Shown here: in pieces, positions 7,899-12,197 of the stretch
Position numbering within the stretch: the stretch's first letter is position 1
Layout: every line of letters starts with the position of its first letter
Assembly: GCF_006345805.1 (NCBI RefSeq)
Contig: NW_021826622.1
Coordinates: 1-12,197, forward strand
From: Octopus sinensis
Lineage: Eukaryota
Reading direction: 5' to 3'
Length of the DNA: 12,197 nucleotides
Position numbers and translations under genes: made by a program
Notes under the pieces: model-generated
What the model saw: only the letters and a program-made list of their open reading frames with translations
What the model was told of the DNA's origin: nothing
Database searches by the model: none

Positions 7899-8146
7899 CC
7901 ATCATCATCATCACCATCATCATCATCACCATCATCATCACCATCATCATCACCATCATCATCACCATCATCATCATCACCATCATCATCACCATCATCA
8001 TCACCATCATCATCACCACCACCACCATCACCATCATCATCACCACCACCACCATCACCACCACCATTACCATCATCATCATCATCATCACCATCACCAT
8101 CACCATCACCATCATCATCACCATCATCATCACCACCACCACCATC

Positions 8147-8198
<52 letters not shown>

Positions 8199-8360
8199 CA
8201 TCATCATCATCACCACCATCATCATCATCACCATCATCATCACCATCATCATCACCATCATCATCACCACCACCACCATCACCACCACCATTACCATCAT
8301 CATCATCATCATCATTATTATTATTATTATTATTAGTAGTAGTAGTAGTACTAGTAGTAA
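7852..8360. repeat. (CAT/CAC)n array grading into (TTA)n and (AGT)n
   Basis: About 150 CAT/CAC triplets to 8314, including a 12-nt CACCATCATCAT higher-order unit, followed by TTA and AGT runs. Confidence 0.98.
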
Positions 8361-8667
8361 TTAATGTAGGGATTGTGGTGATAATGGACGTGGTGGTAGT
8401 GGTTTAGGGGTTTGGGTGATAGTGATGGTGATGATGATAGTGGTAGCGGCTGCAGTTATCCTAATGGCGTTGGTGGTAGTGGTGGTCGTAGAAAAGTAGT
8501 AGTAGTAGTAGCAGCAGCAGTAAGTCTTGTTAACCCACATGTCAACTTTGACGGTGCAAACAATAAAACAAAACAAAACAAAACAAACGTAAAGAGAAAG
8601 CCTTCCAGCTGCGACCACCCAGACATTTTATCATCAGACACAGTCTATCTAGGAGTAAATTATCAAA

Positions 8668-8990
8668 TGTCTTTCCTTCCTTCTTCCCTTCCTTCTTTCC
8701 TTCCTTCCTTCATTCTTTCCTTCCTTCCTTCCTTCCTTCCTTCCTTCCTTCCTTCCTTCCTTCCTCCCTCTCTTCTTTCCTTCCTTCCTTCCTTCCTTCC
8801 TTCCTTCCTTCCGTCTTTCTTTCCTTCCTTCCTCCCTACCTTCCTTCCGTCTTTCTTTCCTTCCTTTTTTCCTTCCTTCCTTTCTTCGCCCTTCCTTCCT
8901 TCTTTCCTTCCTTCCTTACTTCCTTCCTCACTCCTTTCCTTCCCCCCCTCCTTCCATCCTTTCGTCTTTCCTTCCTTCCCTCCTTCCCTT
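8668..8990. repeat. (CCTT)n polypyrimidine tract
   Basis: Directly visible. It produces the LPSF repeat in ORF 8412..9026. Confidence 0.97.
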
Positions 8991-9364
8991 TTTGTTGTTC
9001 TTACATTTAGTTGGGTCTTGAAGTAGATAACTTAGCTGTTATTTATAGCAGATCAATCCACCACTGAAGGTTCCTTCGTTGGCTCACTGGTGATGGTGTC
9101 GGCGGTACAGTGTATATGACGTGGTTACTGATGTTGTTGTTACTGTTGTGGTAGTATTTTGGTTGTGGAAGTGTCACTGGTGATGATGTCATAGCTGTAG
9201 GCCGTGTGTCACATTCCAGCGAAGAACCGACCTATCCTATTGCACTTTGTTGAGACTAACAGATTGGGCTTGAGATCGTCAACCTGTTAGACTGGCTGTA
9301 AAATGTCGCATTTAATATAATGTTATGTAATAAGGTTTACTTCCATTACTGTAAAGTCAATAAA

Positions 9365-9797
9365 GATATATACACACACATACAAATACACACACGCAAA
9401 CGTACACACTCACATGCACAGACGCATACATATACTGAGAAATACTCACACACACACACTCGTAAACTGAGGCGCACACACATTCTCTGAGATATACACA
9501 CTCAAACATACTCATATGCACACTGACAAACACACACCACACACACACACACACGCACACAGACATACACACACATTGAGGTATACACACACACACACTG
9601 AAACACACATATACACACACAGGGGCACAGAACACATGCACATATACACACTGAAATATCTACACATACACAGTGATGCACACACACATACACGCATTGA
9701 GACACACACATACGCACATAGACTGACATACACACACCGAGACGCACACTGTCATATTGACATACATACACTAACACACACACTTAGACATGCGCTA

Positions 9798-9833
<36 letters not shown>

Positions 9834-9851
9834 TACTACACATACACGCAC
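9365..9851. repeat. Degenerate (CA)n low-complexity tract
   Basis: Directly visible. It produces the HT/CV-rich ORFs. Confidence 0.95.
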
Positions 9852-9946
9852 AAAATGGTAGGTGTTATTCCAGTGGCAGGGATGTCTGACAACCCGTATT
9901 TCTCATGAAGGGAGTTGAGGGATCCTTCTTCCTCTTCACTCGTTTC
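9852..9946 (-). other. Candidate 95-nt exon
   Basis: Pyrimidine-rich acceptor ...CCCTCTTTTCAATCCTCATATACTCCACCCACCTCCAG| and possible donor |GTGCGT. Open frame ETSEEEEGSLNSLHEKYGLSDIPATGITPTI. No homology recognised. Confidence 0.3.
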
Positions 9947-10018
9947 CTGGAGGTGGGTGGAGTATATGAGGATTGAAAAGAGGGCGGACAAATTGACATG
10001 CGTCATAAAATTACTTTA

Positions 10019-10100
10019 CAATCACGTGGTTTCGACTTCAGTCTCACTGCGCGACATTTTGGGCAATTGCCGCTTATTATAGCCCTAGGCCAACCAATGC
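10019..10100 (+). mobile_element. Degenerate family B SINE head fragment
   Basis: CACGTGGTTTCGACTTCAGTCTCACTGCGCGACATTTTGGGCAATTG...TATAGCCCTAGGCCAACCAATGC aligns with 399-460. Confidence 0.65.
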
Positions 10101-10105
10101 ATACC

Positions 10106-10423
10106 TCTAGTTTCTGGTGCTTAAATATTTGCTGCTGTTGAGCGACGTTACCGATTTCTAGCTTTGATGACTTCTTCTGGTTTCCGGTGTCAACATATTT
10201 GATTCTGTTGAAAGTTACTGATGTCTAGTTCTGGGTCCTGGTTAGACTTACTGTTGTCTAGTTCTGGGTTCTGGTACCAATATATTTGATTCTGTTGAAG
10301 GTTGTTAGCGCTATCGCTGCGTTGTTCTGATTTTTGGAGCCAGTGCATTTGGTTCTGTCGAGGTTGTTAGGATTCATCGTTGTGAATTCTGATTTTTGCT
10401 GCCAATATATTTCGTTTTGTTTA
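10106..10423. repeat. Degenerate tandem repeat with five 36-nt conserved cores
   Basis: Cores start at 10106, 10176, 10263, 10326 and 10388. Consensus is about TCTGRTTTCTGGTNCCAATATATTTGATTCTGTTGA. Intervening stretches are 34, 51, 27 and 26 nt. Confidence 0.75.
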
Positions 10424-10633
10424 TGGCGGTGAGCCGGCAAGATCTTTTGCACGCCGGACAAAATATTTAGCAGTGTTTCGTCCATCTTTAAGTTCTGAGT
10501 TCAAATTCCGCCGAGGCTAGCTTTGCCTTTCATCCTTTCCAGGTTAATAAAATAAGTACCAGTTAAATACTGAAATCGATATAATCGACTTATCACCTCC
10601 CCCCCAAATTGCTGGCCTTGCGCCAAAATTTGA
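10424..10633 (+). mobile_element. Family A SINE
   Basis: GGCGGTGAGCCGGCAAGATC..., B box GAGTTCAAATTCC (10497-10509), CTTTGCCTTTCATCCTTTC, tail GCTGGCCTTGCGCCAAAATTTGAA. Confidence 0.9.
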
Positions 10634-10682
10634 ATTCAATCTATACAACGGTTACTCTTTGAATAACCATTGTATACAACCG

Positions 10683-11061
10683 TTGTATATAGTAACCGTT
10701 GTATTGATTTGCTGTTGGTGTTAGTATATTCGTTTGAGGAACCATTGTATATAGTAACCAATTTCTTTACTACCCACAAGGGGCTAAACGCAGAAGGGAC
10801 AAACGGATTTAATCGATTATATCGACCCCAGTGCGTAACTGGTACTTATTTAATCGACCCCGAAAGGATGAAAGGCAAAGTCGACCTCGGCGGAATTTGA
10901 ACTAAGAACGTAGCGGCAGACGAAATACTGCTAAACATTTCGCCCGGCGTGCTAACGGTTCTGCCAGCTCGCCGCCTTTTTGTATATAGTATATAGTATA
11001 TAGTAACCATTGTATATAGTAACCGTTGTATTGATTTGCTGTTGGTGTTAGTATATTCGTT
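10683..11061. repeat. Perfect 52-bp direct repeat (10683-10734 and 11010-11061) within a 16-nt AACC(A/G)TTGTATATAGT minisatellite
   Basis: TTGTATATAGTAACCGTTGTATTGATTTGCTGTTGGTGTTAGTATATTCGTT occurs twice with identical sequence. Confidence 0.95.
10761..10977 (-). mobile_element. Young full-length family A SINE
   Basis: Very similar to 7581-7813 apart from a short indel near the tail. Flanked by TTGTATATAGT(AACCA) on both sides. Confidence 0.93.
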
Positions 11062-11278
11062 ACAGTCAAGTTATCGTTTTATAGGTCTGGCCTATGGTAT
11101 TAATACATTAGCTGTTGTCGAGAGCTGTTAGAGAAGTACCGTTGTGTAGTTTTTGGTTTTACTTATGACTGTCAATACCTTTACTGTTGTTGGTTTGCTA
11201 GAATAACGGTTGTGTAGTTCTTTTACTGAGCTCTACTGCTGCTGCTGTTGATATCGTTGTGCTGTTAATACTACTGTT

Positions 11279-11325
11279 TCTGCTGCTGCTGCTGCTGCTG
11301 CTGCGCTGCTGCTACTACTGCTGTT
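11279..11325. repeat. Short interrupted (CTG)n
   Basis: Directly visible. Confidence 0.9.
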
Positions 11326-11464
11326 TTATATGTAATTAGATTCTAGGATCAAAATAAACATCTCTATAAACGACTTCTATGTTTATATTATTTCATACAA
11401 TATTTTATACTGGAATAAAAATAGAAAAGATAAAAGATTCTTTACTCCTTTGCCCTCTTACTCT

Positions 11465-11637
11465 ATCTTCCTCTCCCTCCTCCACCTTCCTTCCTTCCTT
11501 TCTTTCTTCCTTCCTTCCTTCCTTCCTTCCTTCCTTCCTCTTACCCTTCTCTTCTACACTACTTTCTTTTTACGATTATTCCCTCAACACTTTCTTTCTT
11601 TCCTTCTTTCTTTCTTTCTTTCTTTCTCTCTCTCTCT

Positions 11638-11670
<33 letters not shown>

Positions 11671-11865
11671 AACTTCATTCTACATTTTCCTCTCTTTCCA
11701 ATGTATAAATTTAGGCCTTTCAGTTTTTCTACGTCTTTTTCTACCTTCTTTTCATGCTTCTCTTTTTATTATTTCCGTCATCTTCCTTTCATCCCTGCCT
11801 GCTTTTTTCTTTACTTTCTCTCTTTCTTTCTTTCCTCCCCTTTTCCTTTCTTTTCCTTTCTTTTC

Positions 11866-11913
<48 letters not shown>

Positions 11914-12190
11914 AATTTCTGTCTCCTTCCTCCTTCTTTCGTTCGTTAGTTCCTCCCTCCCTCCCTCCCTTCCTTCCTTCCTTCCTTCCTTCCTTCCTTC
12001 CTTCCTTCCTACACTATCAAAATTCTTTCTAAATTTTGTTTGTCTCTCCCATCCATACTCCTGTCCATTTTCCTATTTTCCTTCTTCCTTCCCTGGGTTT
12101 TTTCTCTCTCTGTCTCTCTTTTTGTCTCACATATTTTCCTGCTTTTCTTTCCCCCCACTTCTTCCCGTCATTCTTGCTCTGCTTCTTTCT
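11465..12190. repeat. Long polypyrimidine region: (CCTT)n, (CTTT)n, (CT)n
   Basis: Directly visible. It produces the F/L/S/P-only ORFs. Confidence 0.95.
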
Positions 12191-12197
12191 TAATATT

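Noticed and set aside
7738-8199. 153-aa poly-Met/Val ORF on the minus strand
   Set aside because: Translation of the (CAT/CAC)n microsatellite running into a SINE; no coding evidence.
8668-8990. H-DNA/triplex potential of (CCTT)n tracts (also 11465-12190)
   Set aside because: Physically plausible but generic for such repeats; nothing locus-specific supports a function.
8412-9026. 204-aa ORF with LPSF repeats
   Set aside because: Composed of GGT/AGT low-complexity sequence and the (CCTT)n tract.
9357-9908. Cys/Val-rich and His/Thr-rich ORFs
   Set aside because: Translations of the degenerate (CA)n tract.
10106-10423. CRISPR array interpretation of the 36-nt repeats
   Set aside because: The context is eukaryotic, the repeats are far too divergent, neighbouring spacers resemble each other, and there are no cas genes.
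11379-12193. Long F/L/S/P-rich ORFs (up to 247 aa)
   Set aside because: Polypyrimidine DNA lacks stop codons, so the ORFs are compositional artefacts.

Overview
AT-rich eukaryotic intergenic or intronic DNA. It is very probably from an octopus (cephalopod); this is inferred from recalled similarity of the tRNA-derived SINEs to octopus families, and no search was run. No intact protein-coding gene is supported, and most ORFs in the track are microsatellite translations. The window holds about ten SINE copies or fragments from two families and two decayed R4/Dong-like non-LTR retrotransposon pieces (RT and restriction-like endonuclease) chained through (TAA)n arrays. It also holds a decayed LINE ORF1-like stretch, a small element with Helitron-like inverted ends, and long microsatellites. 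The most notable items are: a type I hammerhead-ribozyme core at 5964-6009 (complete catalytic core, GUC site, perfect stem I, decayed stem II); a heterodimeric SINE inserted as one unit with a perfect 17-bp target-site duplication; a snap-back hairpin at an in-frame RT-to-endonuclease deletion junction; and a degenerate 36-nt repeat that reads as a QQNQIxWxQ-type peptide. A few isolated candidate exons are reported at low confidence.
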